Source: the human T2T-CHM13v2.0 reference genome, Homo sapiens
Length of the DNA: 64,000 nt
NCBI RefSeq assembly: GCF_009914755.1
Contig: NC_060932.1
Strand: one strand, 5' to 3'
Translations under genes and position numbers: made by a program
Notes under the pieces: generated by a model
Told to the model about the DNA's origin: nothing
Databases searched by the model: none
What the model saw: only the letters and a program-made list of their open reading frames with translations
Shown here: in pieces, positions 1 through 15,093 of the stretch
Numbering within the stretch: position 1 is the first letter of the stretch
Layout of the letters: each line of letters starts with the position of its first letter

Positions 1-284
1 GGAGACTGGCGGGGTTTTAATTAGGAAGACATAAACTGAGCCACAATTTTCCTTCTTTGATTTGCTTTTAATCTCGTCTGCAAAGCTCTTCTGGTGCTGC
101 CCAGGCTGATTCTCAGTCCCAGGCCACTTGGGCAGAAAGAGGAGGGGATGAAGTGATGAGAGTTGAGGGGTGAGTGGCTGGGAACACCCCAACATGAGTG
201 GGGCTATCACCCTGCTGATCCTGAGCCCTGGATCCTCACAGTCAGCGCTGACCACTGCTTCCTTTATATTCACCTTTGTTTAGC

Positions 285-455
285 ATTTATTCATTTATGC
301 ATTACATGAAATTTATTTATGTTTATTGATTCATTCAATGAACAACAGACGAGCACTTAATATGTGCCAGCCACCCGCTCACTGTTCTCAGAGAATTAAA
401 GTTAAAATGAGCAAGACGTGGTTCTACTCCCACAAAAAAACCTGCAGTCTAGTCT
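285..455 (-). mobile_element. L2 LINE 3' end fragment
   Basis: ATTCATTCA...GAGCACTTAATATGTGCCAG resembles the reverse complement of the L2 3' terminus; very diverged. Confidence 0.55.
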
Positions 456-1427
456 TATTTGCTCCTAGATTGACAGGCTGGAGAGCAAGGACAATGACTC
501 ATCTGTCTGTGTGCCCCTCCCCATCTGGCTCTGCAGAAGCCCAGAAATGCTTGGGGTGTGTGGTTAAGAAACCTCCTTCCCTCCCCACCCTTCATTTCTC
601 TCTGTGCCCAGCACCCTGCTCCCTGCTGCCACACCTTCCCTGTTTTGTGGGTACCCAAGCCTACCTACCTCTGGTCTTACTCAGTCTCATAACATTTTTC
701 CAGCCTGATTCCCTGACAAGCTGTGGCTTCTTATTCTTCAAGACTCCGTTCTAGGGCCACGATGTGGAGGGAGCTGGGTGGCTGGCTGCCTGGGCTTCCT
801 CCCGGCTGCTCATTTCTGCCTGTGGGACAGCCATCCCCATGTGTCGCTGTGGTCTTCTCTCTGGTCCTGCTGGCCTCCTGGACCAAGCTGCAAGCATCTG
901 GAAGGCAGAGACTGAACGTGAGCCACATTTCTGTCCTCAACATCTCCTAGGATGCCTGGTGCAGAGCTGGCACTCAATTCAGACCTGTAGACAAGCATGA
1001 CACCATCTATGTTTACCAAAGACTGGGATAAAACCGCAACTCAGCATTTGAGGTCCACCCTGAGCACTGGAGGTTCTCCAAGTACTTCCTCCTTCTGCCT
1101 CTCAGTACAGATCGCGTCTTCTAGGTGTGCTGTGCACATTCCATCACCCACCTTCTGGCTCATCGCACTTGCTCTGCTTCCAGTGAGTCTCACCTTCCCA
1201 AATCCTACTCATGCATCCAGGCCTATCTCAAGCCTTCCTCATCCACTAATGCAGACTTCTCTGATTCCGTGAGCCTTTCCTGCCCTCTTCTTGCTTGGCC
1301 ACCCATAGGGGCCTTATCACAAACTACTTTCTGCTGCTAGCTATATGCTGCACCCTGACTTTTCCCTCTGAATTTGGAATCGAAATCTTCCTATGTGGTG
1401 CTGCCTATGGGAAGCAAATCAACCCTC

Positions 1428-1650
1428 AGTGGAGCAGAGTGCCTGGGGTCAAATTCCAGCTCTACTGCTTATTACATTCACCGCCTTGGGTAAGTTGCTT
1501 AACCTTGCTATATCTCCGTTTCCTCACCCGTAACATGGGAACAAAACAGTACCTGCTAGGATTACTGTAGAAATTAGATGCAATAGTTCACATAAATCAT
1601 TATGCCTGGCACTTAGTAGTTGGTCAGTGTGTTGGTCATTACTACTATCA
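1428..1650 (+). mobile_element. MIR SINE
   Basis: MIR core: CAAATTCCAGCTCTAC...TTGGGTAAGTTGCTTAACC...GTTTCCTCACCCGTAACATGGG...CCTGGCACTTAGTAG. Confidence 0.75.
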
Positions 1651-2034
1651 TAGCTGTAATTGTTACTACTATTACCAATTCGTGTGCTCTGATTTCATCT
1701 CCATCAAGCAAGCTATTGATTATAATTTGGCTTCCCTACAAGAAAAGACCCTGCTGATCTGTTAAAAGGAGGTTCAATCTACTTATTAGATGTTTCTCAT
1801 TATAAATTCATAAATTGACATCCTAGATTGCATCTATCAGTCTCTTATAAGTTAGATTTAGATTAAATTAACTCATAAGTCCAGTTCACACTTGTGTATA
1901 CTAGCAATCAAATTTCTGAGGCTGAGGTCCTAGATCTTGGCAACCAAACCAAGGTACCGCCAACTTGGGGCTTTGTCTGTGCAGCCAGTGTGGCTTCAGG
2001 GGCCATATGTCCTTTAGTCTCATTGTTTCACCTC

Positions 2035-2200
2035 TGTAAGCAAGTTACTGAAAACCTCCAAGCTTCAGTTTCCTCATCTGTAAAACATAGAAAATAGAAA
2101 AACATCTGCATCCAATGGGTGCAGTTAACGGTTAGACGAACCAATGAATGGAAAGCACTTGACCATTGCCTTCACAGCTAGGTGCTCAATAAGCATGAAC
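2035..2200 (+). mobile_element. MIR SINE fragment
   Basis: GCAAGTTACT...CTTCAGTTTCCTCATCTGTAAAA...AGGTGCTCAATAA. Confidence 0.7.
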
Positions 2201-2367
2201 TCTAGGCGCACTTAATTATCCTACTGCCTCACCATACATTTTTTATGCTTACAGTTTAAACAGTACTTTCTATTTACAAAGCCCTTTCATAGGTGTTATC
2301 TTACTTCTCATGACAACCACTCCCACCTAATAATAGAGAAGGAACTAGGAACAAACTAAGTCACTTT

Positions 2368-2713
2368 CCTGAATGGTGGCTGCCAGGGACTGGGGGCAGG
2401 GGAAGGGGAGATGTTGGTCAAAAGGTACAGAATTTCAGTTAGATAGGGTAAGTTCTGGAGATCTATTGTACAGCATTGTGACTATAGTTAATAATAATAT
2501 AGTGTATACTTGAAAATCCCTAAGAGAGTAGATCTTAAATATTCACATCAAAAAACAAAAATAACTACATGAGGTGTTAGGTATGTAAATTAGCTTGATT
2601 GCAGTAATCATTTTACTATGTACACTTACATTAAAGCAACATGTTATACATTATAAATACATAAAATTTTTATTTGTCAATTATACCACAATAAAGCCGG
2701 AAAAAATTAAATA
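2368..2713 (+). mobile_element. L1MA7-9-type 3' end, inserted in a minus-strand MIR (~2245-2780)
   Basis: L1MA 3'UTR motifs (GGAGATCTATTGTACAGCA, CTAAGAGAGTAGATCTTAAA, AATAAAG plus A-tail); TSD AAGTCACTTT at 2358-2367 and 2714-2723. Confidence 0.85.
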
Positions 2714-3892
2714 AAGTCACTTTGTTAAGATCACAGTTTGTAAGTTATGAGACCAGGACTCACACCCAGCTCTTCCAGGTCTTCTTCCCCTGTCTAGTGT
2801 CCTCTCTTTATAAAATATCTGCCTATTCAATAAATGAACAACAACAAAACCCCTCTGTTTTGTTTAATTACACTTTAAAACTAGTTTGAAATTTTGGCAT
2901 TACTCTAAAGTCCCTTCCATGTCCTGGCATCTGTGGCCTTATTAGTCATACTAACAAGCTACCCTAGTTCTAGAGGCCGTGGACAAAAAAAAAACTGATT
3001 CACTTGCACTGTGATGACTGTGAAATGTGGGCCATGAATCTGAGAACAGACCAGATTTTCTACATCCTTTGGGCATTTTGCTGGGTGCCTCGCCTTGGGG
3101 TCATCCATCACTACAGCATCTCCTGACAAACAGCGAGACAGGTTGTGGGAGAACAGAGGAGCCCCAGGCCCCAAAGGGAGCATCTGGGATGCCTCCCTTT
3201 GTCTTTGCGGCTGCTTGTCTGTCTCGTGTAGTTAGACAAGTTCTCCAGCCACAGAAGCTTGGGGGAAAGCAAGTTTACTTCATATTTCATAGTCACAGAT
3301 CTGGTAGCCTATGTACTGTGAAGTAGCTTAAACTAGAGAATTTCCTTTCTGGAGAGTCCCTACATCTGGCAGCCCCCGAAAACACATGGTGGATGGTGCA
3401 GGCCTTGATGGTAGAATCCTTGAGACAGGTGGGACTGCAGCCCCTCAGTGCTCCAGCAAGCTGTCCAGGCACATAGATCCATGGGAAGTCCCATCACTGC
3501 CTTGCAGTTCCAACTTTCATCCCAGCACTGTATTTTTACTTAGAAACTAGACGTTTCAATTGCTCTCAAGACTCAAGACTTCTTCTTAAACCAAATTTCT
3601 CACCATCCCAATCCCTCATCATCTCCCGGCCCCAAACAAAAATGTCCTGACTTCTTAGTGTCTAACAATGAAACCACCATTCTCAGGGTCGCTCAGACTC
3701 AAGACCCTGCCATTGTTTTTTTAAATTCCTTTACCATAATTCTCTAAACTCAAAAAAATAGCTGTAGATGTAGACTAGGTACTAGGTATAGACCTCAGTC
3801 ACGGCTCCTCTCATCTCAGATTTGGAAATCTACAGCAGTTCCCAAATTTGTCTCCTCGATAATAGGGTCCTTCCCGATCAGTTCTACTAAAT

Positions 3893-4118
3893 CAGGGGAT
3901 GGCAAACTTCTGGAAAGGGAAAGATAGTAAATATTTTAGGCTTTGTGTCTGTACTACAAATATTACAGGCTCTGTTGCAACTACTCGGTCAGGTGTTGCA
4001 GTATAATAGCAGCCAGAGACATAAATGAATGTGCGTGGCTGTAGTATAATAAAGCTTTATTTACAAAAACAGGTGGCAGGCTGGATTTAGCCCAGGGGTT
4101 ATTATATGCCAACTTCTG
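3893..4118 (+). mobile_element. MER58A (hAT-Charlie non-autonomous DNA transposon)
   Basis: CAGGGGATGGCAAACTT...AGTAAATATTTTAGGCTTTG...CTTTATTTACAAAAACAGGTGGC...TGCCAACTTCTG with terminal inverted repeats. Confidence 0.85.
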
Positions 4119-4221
4119 TTCTATATTATTCTCATATTAATCTTAAACACCATAGTCCCTATCATTTTGTAGTGTTTGCATAAGTGTAATTAGGTCAAGA
4201 AATAAGACACAAACTCCAGTC

Positions 4222-5078
<857 letters not shown>

Positions 5079-5149
5079 TCTTCTGACTCTTAATTCAGGA
5101 CTCCTTTTTTCCCTGTTAACTTCCTTCAAAGAGTCTACAATGGCACTTT

Positions 5150-7925
5150 TACTTCTGATAATATAGCAGGCTGAGCATTCTGAAAATATCTTCTGATCCT
5201 AACATTTAGGTACTGGATAAATCATGCAAACACTTTTAAATACATTTCTGTGTTTTCAAGGAAGTAAGGAAAGTCAACAAGGGCCACATACTTACATACA
5301 CAAGCAAAGAGTGAGTGGAAACAGGAGTGGTAAGTGATACCCTGGAAGCAAATGTCAAAAACCCAGAGTTTTGGAGATTAATGTGTGTGATGGTTAGTGC
5401 CGAGTGTCAACCTGATTGGATTGAAGGCTGCAAAGTATTGTTCCTGGGTAGGTCTGTGAGGATGTTGCCAAAGGAGATTAACATTTGAGTCAGTAGACTG
5501 GGAAAGGCAGACCCACCCTCAATCTGGGTGGGCACAATCTACTCAGCTGCCACCATGGCCAGAATAAAAGCAGGCAGAAGAACGTGGAAAGACTAGACTG
5601 GCTAAGTCTTCTGGCCTCTGTCTTTCTTTTGTGCTGGATGCCTCCTGACCTCAAACATCAGACTTCAAGCTCTTCAGCTTTTGGACTCTTGGACCTACAC
5701 CAGTGGTTTGCCAGGGGCTTTCAGGCCTTTGGCCACAGACTGAAGGCTGCACTGTCAGCTTCCCTACTTTCGAGGTTTTGGGACTTGGACTGACTTCCTT
5801 GCTCCTCAGCCTGCAGACGACCTATTGTGGGACTTCACCTTGTGATCGTGTGAGTCAATACTCCTTAATAAACTCCCTTTCATATACACATCTATCCTAT
5901 TAGTCCTGTCCCTCTAGAGAACCCTGATACAATGTGGCTTTGATGTGAATGGGAAATGGGAGGCCAGGCTTTGGCCTCATGCAAGGTCAAGGAACTAAAC
6001 TTACTAAGTCCTCCGCATAAATATATATCCTCATTGAAAGGGCTAACTGAAAAAAAGCAGCCTTCTAGCAAAGGAAAACTGTCTCTGTGGTAGCTCTAGA
6101 TGGAAATATATATAAATAGTCTTCCCTTATAATGTGTAACCTAGATCTGTTCTCACTGGGACATCAGAAGTTTGAATTTGTACTGCTCATATGGAAAAAA
6201 ATGCCAATCTGAGAAATTGAAGTCTACCTGGTTTAATAGTGCTCCCAATTTCAAACAGAAGCAGATTTTTTAAGGGGAAAAATAAAAACCACAAAGTCCT
6301 CAAATCAGATCCCACAAATTACGTTCAATCAAACAAGAGCCCAAGTAAAAATTTAAGAAGTGAAAAAAGTAACAAGCTAACAGAAGCCAGCATCAGTAGA
6401 AATGGCAAAGATCAAAGTTATGCCCACCAACAGATTTGAATACTGGGTTATCAGAGAGTGAATACAACTAATTATTAAATTATTTAAAGAAAAGAGATAA
6501 AATTGGGAAAATGGACAAAGTGCCAGAGAGTATCAAAACATGGCAAGACAAATTTTTTAATTAAAATGAAAGATACAATCATTGAAATTAAAAACTTCAA
6601 GAAAGGTTTTAACATCATTTTAGACACCATTGAGAAATAAATTTATGAAGTGGAAAAGAGCTGACAAGTTATATAGAACTCAGCATAGAGAGGAGGGGGT
6701 AGAAAATAGGAAGGAAGGTGAAGTCAAGAAACATGAAGGATAGAATTAGAATTTATATAGCACATATGTAACTGAAGTTACAGAAATAGTCAATGGGATA
6801 GAGGCAATATTCAAAGGAATAATTGAAAGAAAAATAATAAGAAATTGCCAAAATTTGTGAAAGATATGCATTCATATAAAAAACAAAATTATATGAAGTA
6901 GTATAAATAAAATATAATGCACTCCTATAAACTTTGTAGTTAAACTGCAGAAGAGCAAAGAAAATAAGAATATTTTTAAACACACAAAAGACTGATTGCC
7001 AAAAATAAAAATGCAAAAAAGAAATCAATAACTAGACTAACAACAGACTTCTCACTTGTGACAATGGAAGTCAGAATATAATGGAATAATATCTACGATG
7101 TGCCAGGAAAAAGGAACTGTCAACTATGGACAGTCTATCCAGAAAACCCACATTTCAAGTTCCTATCAGATTAAAAAATAAAATAAAATAGTTTACCACA
7201 AAGATATCCTCACTAAGGAATTTAGCAGAAGATTAGCAATGCAGGAAGAAACTATGAACAATGAAAATGTAACATGTATACAAATCTAACAAATATTGAC
7301 AAAGTAAAACAAAAGTAATAATATCTATTTTGTGTATTTTAAAACAAAATAACTGGACAATGCTGAAGAGGACAGGGGTAATACAAAATAAAGCATTCCA
7401 AGATCCTTGTACTTGAGAAAATTGTAGTTAAGATTCTAATAGATTTTAGACTGTTAAAGTGCACATAATAAAATGTAAATGTTTATCTTTAAATAAATAT
7501 TAATGGAGTGAATAATTTCCAAGCCAGTAAAAGGAAACCAAAATGAACAACAAACAACCCCAAAGAAGGCAAGAAGGGTGGCGGAGAAATAAAACATAGA
7601 AAAAGTAAGGTTAATAGCCTGAAACAACAGGAAGAAATTAATCTATATATAATTTAAAATTATATGAAACTTAGTATATACATAGTAAAATTAAACCTAA
7701 AGGCAAGAGAATAATGAATATATAATTCAGAACAATGATCACTCTTGGGGAATAGGAAACACAGAATTGGAAACATATGGAAGAGGAACACAAAAGGAAT
7801 TCAAAAGTATTGGCTATGTTCTAATTCTTAAGTGGAATAGAGAGCACACAGGTGTTTGTTTTATTCTTCATTTGTTATATTCACATATATATGTATGTTT
7901 GCATAAATGAAATATTTCACTAGAA
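5150..7925 (+). mobile_element. Ancient L1ME/HAL1-type LINE remnants (5' region, ORF1 relic, 3' end)
   Basis: A-rich + strand; ORF1-like AGACTAACAACAGACTTCTCA...AATGGAAGTCAGAA at ~7035-7075; L1ME-like 3' end at ~7690-7920. Confidence 0.6.
5386..5931 (+). mobile_element. MLT2A2 solo LTR (HERV-L)
   Basis: TGTGATGGTTA...GTGTCAACCTGATTGGATTGAAGG...CCCTCTAGAGAACCCTGA..CA; includes the CCAGTGGTTTGCCAGGGGC block; 5-bp TSD ATGTG at 5381-5385 and 5932-5936. Confidence 0.92.
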
Positions 7926-9204
7926 GGTTTTACATTTTAAACAATATCTGCAGTATTTCCATGTTGCCCTATGAAGCTTAAACTCATGGGCCTGGCAATT
8001 TAAGTCCTCCACCAGCTGGGCACACCTTCTTGCTCACTTCTGCCCAGCACAGAACATTCCCTCTCATGGGAATTCTTTGTTGTCATTTCTTTGCTCTGCA
8101 TTTCCACTACCAGATTCACTCACATTTCCAATATTTTATTCATTCTGTTCCCCTCATCTTTCCTTCAATCTACAAAGCAAACGCTATAGTTCCTAGAAGG
8201 AAAAAAATAATAAAACATTATTCTCTCTTGGATGAAGACTACCTGAGTTTACCTCAGGGCACAGTTATGTCACAATGATGTGAAATAGTCCCAGGACTAG
8301 TGAACTCAGTCAGCTACTGGTGTTCACTGGAGGAGGTGTTCATTGCAGGGGGAGAGGGAGAGTCTTGTCCCTCAACTAGGCAATAAGCTCTTTGAGAACA
8401 AAGGCAGTGTCTAAGCTTCTCTTTATCTCTCACTACCTCTTTCCTAGCACCGAAGTCATAAAATGCACTCAAACAACAGCCACTGAAGAAAGGATGGCAT
8501 GAGAAGAATTCTAAATTCTCATTAACAGACCTTGAGAACCTGGATCTTGAGTCTTTCAGTTGTATCCAGCCATGCATACCTTTCCTACTTAAGCCATTTC
8601 TTAAGCCTGTTCAAATTGCTTCCTGCTACTTTTTAGCCATACAGTTCTCATTAAGAAATGTGTATCCAAGACTCAAGGCAGCTCAAATTCAAGCCTCAAC
8701 AAAAATGACAAATTATATCACACACCATGCACCTTCAAAGTTGTTCACAAACAATAAATTTGTGAATGGCAAAGATGTACTGGGTTGAATTAGGTACTCA
8801 AGGCCCACAATTAGATCTCTGCATGGTCAAAACTGGGATCTAAGTCTCTTGACACTCCAGGGTTCTTCTCACTCCCCGACATGCTCAGGGATGTTGCTAT
8901 ATAGAGGTTATAAGGTTATCTTCTCTGCTGGAACCTCATAAAGAGGCTCCTGATAACATAGAAAGAGTTTACACAGAACATGGTGGGAAGAGGCTGTTGT
9001 CCTAAAACACCAAATTGGTGGGAACTGAAAAGAAGAAGGTGAGTGTGAACTTGAGGTGGAGGAAGATCTAAAAATTCTTACCATGGCCCACTCCAAGGAG
9101 AAAGTGGGAATTATTCTCTGCTAACTCTAGATGTCCATGTGGTCCTAATGACCAGATTATCCATTAAACAATACCTTTTGCCAATAGATAGCTGGAAACC
9201 ATGG

Positions 9205-9850
<646 letters not shown>

Positions 9851-10859
9851 AAGTTTCCAGTAGCTCCTAGACGGCCCTCCAGGCCTGATTTGTTGAGCTT
9901 TTCCTTAAACCAAGAAGATAACAAAAATGAAGAGCTGGCAAGGCTCTCTACCAAGGCAAAGTCACAGGACTGGCAGAACCTGGCATTAGCAGGCTAAAAT
10001 GGTAGCTAACAAATCCTGCCTCTCAGGAAGGATAAAGGCCTCCAGGGCCAGAACTCCCCACTTTTATAGCAGAACTTTAAATTCCTTTGCTTCTTTCTTT
10101 CTCATATAGATATCACACACTACATAACACACACACACACACACCAGTTTTTAATGGAATAACTGACAACAAAACACTTCCTCACTCCTTTTGGAAGCTT
10201 GGAGGCAAACTCTTAGAATGTCTATGATTTCACCAAGTTACTCATGGGATAAATCTATCAAAGCCAAAGAAATTGGTTGGAAAGTGAAGGTTTGAACATA
10301 AGCAGTATAACACTCTCTTCTACTGAAACAAAAGGTTAAAAAAATAGTCCCATCAAATTAGCTAGCCATTCTCAGAGTTAAGTCTGTTTCTGGAAGTAAG
10401 CCAGATCCCTGTGATGCCCTTAGGAAGTTCGAGACACTAATGTGACTGTGATATCTCACCTCTCATTCATCCTCTGAATCAACATGGGCCTCCTCTTGTA
10501 TGTTCTATGGAAAAAGCAAGGGGTTTTGGGGTTAGATATGGGTTCTGGGTTCAAATTATCCCAGCTCCGTGTTTTACAGAAACTTGCTTTTTGGCTTAAT
10601 TTTCTTATTTTTTCTTTCTTCACTCACAATCTCCCCCACCTAGTGCATATCCCCAAGAAAAGATCTGTTTTTCTTGAATGTATTATTGTATTAACCTCCT
10701 CATGAGACCTCCAAGGGACATTCTGGAGTAACAGTGGACGGGCCCACACTGTTTTATAAGAGCTTTCTGTTCCTCTGTCTACCCTTCCTTTACACAGCTT
10801 TTAAAACCCTGTCCTCCCACGAAATTCAGCTCTGCCTCAACTTGTATAGCATGTTCAGC

Positions 10860-11200
10860 AAAACAGAAGACTCAATAATTCTACTTCCATATCCTAGCTA
10901 ATGATGTCCACTCTCCAGGCCATCTCAGGATCCAAGACAGCTGTGGAGCTCAAGCCATCACATCTGTATTCTAGGCCAGGAAGAGAAGAGGCAGCAAGAC
11001 AAGAAGAGTGCCTCCAAGCTGACCCACCTCCCTTCAAGAAGCCTGCCCAGAAGCCCCACACAATATTTCCACTTACCTCTCACTGGCTAACACTTAGTAA
11101 CAAGACCACACATGGCTGCAAGAGAGACAACAAAAGTGCCTTGTAAAACATGAGGACCTGTTATTACAAAGGAAGGCAAGAACAGATGTTTGGGTGGGCC
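10860..11200 (-). mobile_element. MLT1J/K-type MaLR LTR fragment
   Basis: CAAGACAGCTG...CATCACATC...CCCAGAAGCCCC...CACTTACCTCTCACTGGC pattern of old MLT1 in reverse. Confidence 0.55.
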
Positions 11201-12699
11201 ACAAATGATCTCTACCAAAAGAGTATAACAAAGAGAACAGGCATGGACATGGGAGGTCATCCAGATGTGGATCCCACACAGAATGAGGATCTCACCCCCT
11301 CCTGCTCTCATGGCTTTTCACCTTTGCCCATGCCCACCACCAGCCTGGAGGCTCTTCTGCCCTTCTTTATACTTTTTTTTAAGATGCAACTAATATGACA
11401 ACTCCAGGAAATCATCCTTCACCATCACCCAGTGCCCTACCCCTCAAACCTCTGTGTTTTTGCATATTATTGTGCTTTTCTCACTTCTTATAATTAGGTC
11501 TTTACTGATTTATCAGAATAAGATCCAGAATAAGAATACATCCTTGCACTTTATTAAGTGCTACTCATTTATTCCTATTATTTCTCTTTTTTTCCTTTGT
11601 CTTTCTTACTGTCACTTTTCCATATTTTTCTTTCTCTCATTCCCTCACCTGTTCATTGGACCTAACAGGAACATTTAAGGTAGGTCACCATTCAGCTCCA
11701 CTGATGGTCTATAAAGTCAAAGAGGATTCTGATCTTGAATCTATTATATTAAAGGTTCAAAGTTAAATGGGTCGTTTAGGTCCATTACACCTAAAAAGTC
11801 AATACCGCTCCAAGCTGTCTTAAGATACTCTTAGGAAATAGTTAATGCTCTAGGAGAATCTGGTCCAAATTAAGCCATTTCAGTGTCCTTGACCCTAAGA
11901 AATGACAGAGCTCCCCTTATAGAATACCATGACAAAGAGTGTGGCAAGGCACAAAAACATCTTTTGCAGGGTGTGTGTAGATTTATGTGAGTTGTGTGAG
12001 TTCTCGAGTTACATTAAGATAGCTTTTCCTAACCGAGTCTTCGAGATCACACCCCCATGGTTGGGGAAGATTGAGGAACTGGGAAGACCCTAGTCAGGAG
12101 GGAGCAGGTGGGATGCAGGCTTCCTTTCCATAAGCCCTTTGTATCCAAAGGTCTCTGCTTGTCTCTCAGCTTCATATCTTGGAGGTGGGCTACAACAGGG
12201 ATTGTGGCAGAGGTGGTAAATGCATGGATGAGCTTTCTAGGAGATGAGAGCTAGCTTCAGGCATTCCACAAAAAGGGCCAAGAAGCATGAGGGAGAAATT
12301 CCCCAAGAGCAAGGCCTAAAGCCATGGAGTGCAAGCCATTTCTTACAAAGCAAATTATCAAATTTCTTATAAACTTTTAGATTGATCTCCTTTTTACGAT
12401 CTTCTGTTTTTTAGTAAAGACATGTTTAAATGTCCCATATGTACCTTTATGGGCTACACAGTATAAAGAGAGACATCGCAGGTCAACACTTGCCCTAGGG
12501 GTTAAAAAGAAAAAAATTTATTCTTCCTCCTTCTCATCCTTCCTGTTCTCAGTAGTAGCTGAAATTATAATTGCCAAAGAGACAAAAATAATTTACTTTT
12601 TCTAAGAAAAGGTAATATTTAAAGTATAAGAAAAATTTTTAAATTTCCTGCCAAAAAAAAAAACTAACCAGGGCAAAATGGGAAACATCTAACATTTCG

Positions 12700-12890
12700 G
12701 GCTTGGACTCCTGTTCTGCCAAGTACTGAGTGACCCCAAACCAGCCACTTAACGTTCCCAAACGTCAGTTTCCTCAGCTATAAAAGAGAGATCTTAAAAT
12801 CTACTTCACAGTAATGTCATGAAGATTGAAGATTTTAGACTATAAATATAAATTGCATGTCTTGCATTAAGAGTAGATTTCAATAAACGC
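12700..12890 (+). mobile_element. MIR SINE
   Basis: GTGACC...CACTTAAC...TCAGTTTCCTCAGCTATAAAA...TCTACTTCACAG. Confidence 0.65.
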
Positions 12891-13219
12891 TTTTCTGAAT
12901 TTGGCAGACCCTAGAAGGCAAATATCAGAGATTTATGTTTCTTTCCCATAGCCAGATACCTTTCCCTCTATCTAAAAGAGCAGTCTGTCTTCCACTCACC
13001 CCACAAGTTAGTTACTTCTCCTAAATGCTTCAAGAAATTGGCATGGTTCACAAAATTACTACCAATAAATTTGTATTGAATAACTAATACTAAAGCACTC
13101 CCCCAAAGGTTAGGGAAAAATGGAGTCAGCTAAGTGAGGTTTACCATTCTCTGGAGCTTCCAGTTTATTTGAGGAGACAAGACCAAACCACAGAGATGGT
13201 TGGCAAACAATAGCCCTCA

Positions 13220-15077
13220 TTCCAAGTCACTGGATATATCTATGCCATTTATATATTCTGGAGCTGGATGGGGAAGGACTACAGGGAGGGTCTATGGATC
13301 CACTGAGTCCTGTAGGAGATGAATTTGTTCCAACACTTCATTTATCACCTGATCACCAGAAGTTCCCACTTTGATTAGTGGGTCACAGTAGCATTTGGGG
13401 TCCCTAATGTCAATTCAGAGCCAATTCAGTATCTAGTAAATCCCTGAAAAGTCTGAAGATTTCCTTTCCCCCAGTGCACAGTAACCCTAGTAAATAGCTA
13501 AAGGCAACTTTGGGGAAGACTCGAAGGAATATTTACAGAATATAGTTATAGCAGTGTTGCACGTTCTTACTCAAGGGAGCCAGCCTCCCCTTCAATCAAG
13601 GGCCTCAGGTCTATGATCTGGCTTATGCCTGGACATTAATTAGGAAGCTAAGACACTCCACTGTGTCCACTCAAATTAAGATCCTAGACATCAGACCTAG
13701 AGTATTTCTGTCATGCAAAAGAAGTAATATTGTAATAGGCTGCATATTTATTTCATTCCCAATAATACAGTAATCAATTAGGCACTGCCAAAGATCCCAG
13801 CAGGTCATTCCACTTACCTCTTCTTCCTTGCTGTCCATTACAGTAATTGTGTTGACCTTGCCTCTAGTGGTAAAGAACTACTCTTAGCCACTAACTTTCC
13901 AGGATCCCCATGGAAATCAGGAAGCACAACTAGTAGCTGCGTCTCTCTGTGTGTACAAAGGAAGTCACCATAATGCTTTTCAAAGATGTTGATGCTCCCT
14001 AACATGGTTTGACTCTATGTCCCCACCCAAATCTCATCTTGAATTGTACTCCCATAATTCCCACATGTTGTGGGAAGGACCCAGTGAAAGATAATTTGAA
14101 TCATGGAGGTGGTTTCCCCCATACTGTTCTCATAGTAGTGAATAAGTTTCACGATATCTGATGGGTTTATCAGGGGATTCCACTTTTGCTTCTTTCTCAT
14201 TTTCTCTTGCTGCCACCATGAAAGAAGTGCCTTTCACCTTCTGCCATGATTCTGAGGTCTCCCCAGCCATGTGGAACTGTAAGTCCAATTAAACCTCTTT
14301 TTCTTCCCAATCTTGGGTATATCTTTATCAACAGCAGGAAATGGACTAATATACTCCCATCACTAATACATACTATTTCCCAATTTTTCCTCTTAAAAAA
14401 GGTACTATGTTCTAGGGCTTTTTGGTGTATATAAAGGGGATGGGGAAGAAGGGTATACAATTTGCATATGATAATTCCATCCCAATATTCCTATCTTGTC
14501 AAGTCTTGGAGTTAATCTTGAACATTGTGCCTCAACCTCACTGAATTCATGAATTCAGGCCATGTGGAGTCCAAGTTTCAATCAAGCAACCAGGCAAACT
14601 AATTTTCAGAACCACTTCTAGCATTAGATCCACCATCTCTGGTAAGTACACATATAAAATCAGCTTGGCTCAATCCAGTTTTATATTCTGTCCTTTTTGT
14701 TCTAACAGCCTTAGAATCCAATCCCACACGTTTCCCCCATATTTGTACTGAAAAAAATTAGCAACATCTTGCATTTATTTTGAAGTATAAACTTTTTTTT
14801 ATTCAGGTCAGACAGAGACAACCAAGGATGGGGACTTAGAAGCTTGAGAAAAATAGGCATCCCTTCACAAGGGAGCTGGTCTAGGTGGGGTTGTTACTGG
14901 GAAATAACAGAAAGAGAAAACTAATATCATAATATCATCAGTTAGAGGGGTTGCTTCCTCTAGCAAGGGAGGCTTTAGGCTTTGGAGTTCAAGATGCTCA
15001 GTTTCAAACAAGTCAAGGTGAAGATGTGGTATGTCTGTGAATTTAAATTGTTGTCATTCTGCAACCCACACACTGAA
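13220..15077 (-). mobile_element. ERVL internal region (gag 3' part and protease relic)
   Basis: Minus strand CAGACTTTTCAGGGATTTACTAGATACTG...GGGACCCCAAATGCTACTGTG...GGTGATCAGGTGATAAATG resembles the HERV-L/ERVL protease region (LLDTGSELTLIPGDPK); heavily decayed. Confidence 0.7.
14000..14353 (+). mobile_element. THE1A solo LTR (MaLR)
   Basis: TGTCCCCACCCAAATCTCATCTTGAATTGTA...GTTTATCAGGGG...GTAAGTCCAATTAAACCTCTTTTTCTTCCC; TSD CTCCC at 13995-13999 and 14354-14358. Confidence 0.92.
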
Positions 15078-15093
15078 TTCCAGGTTTAATTTT

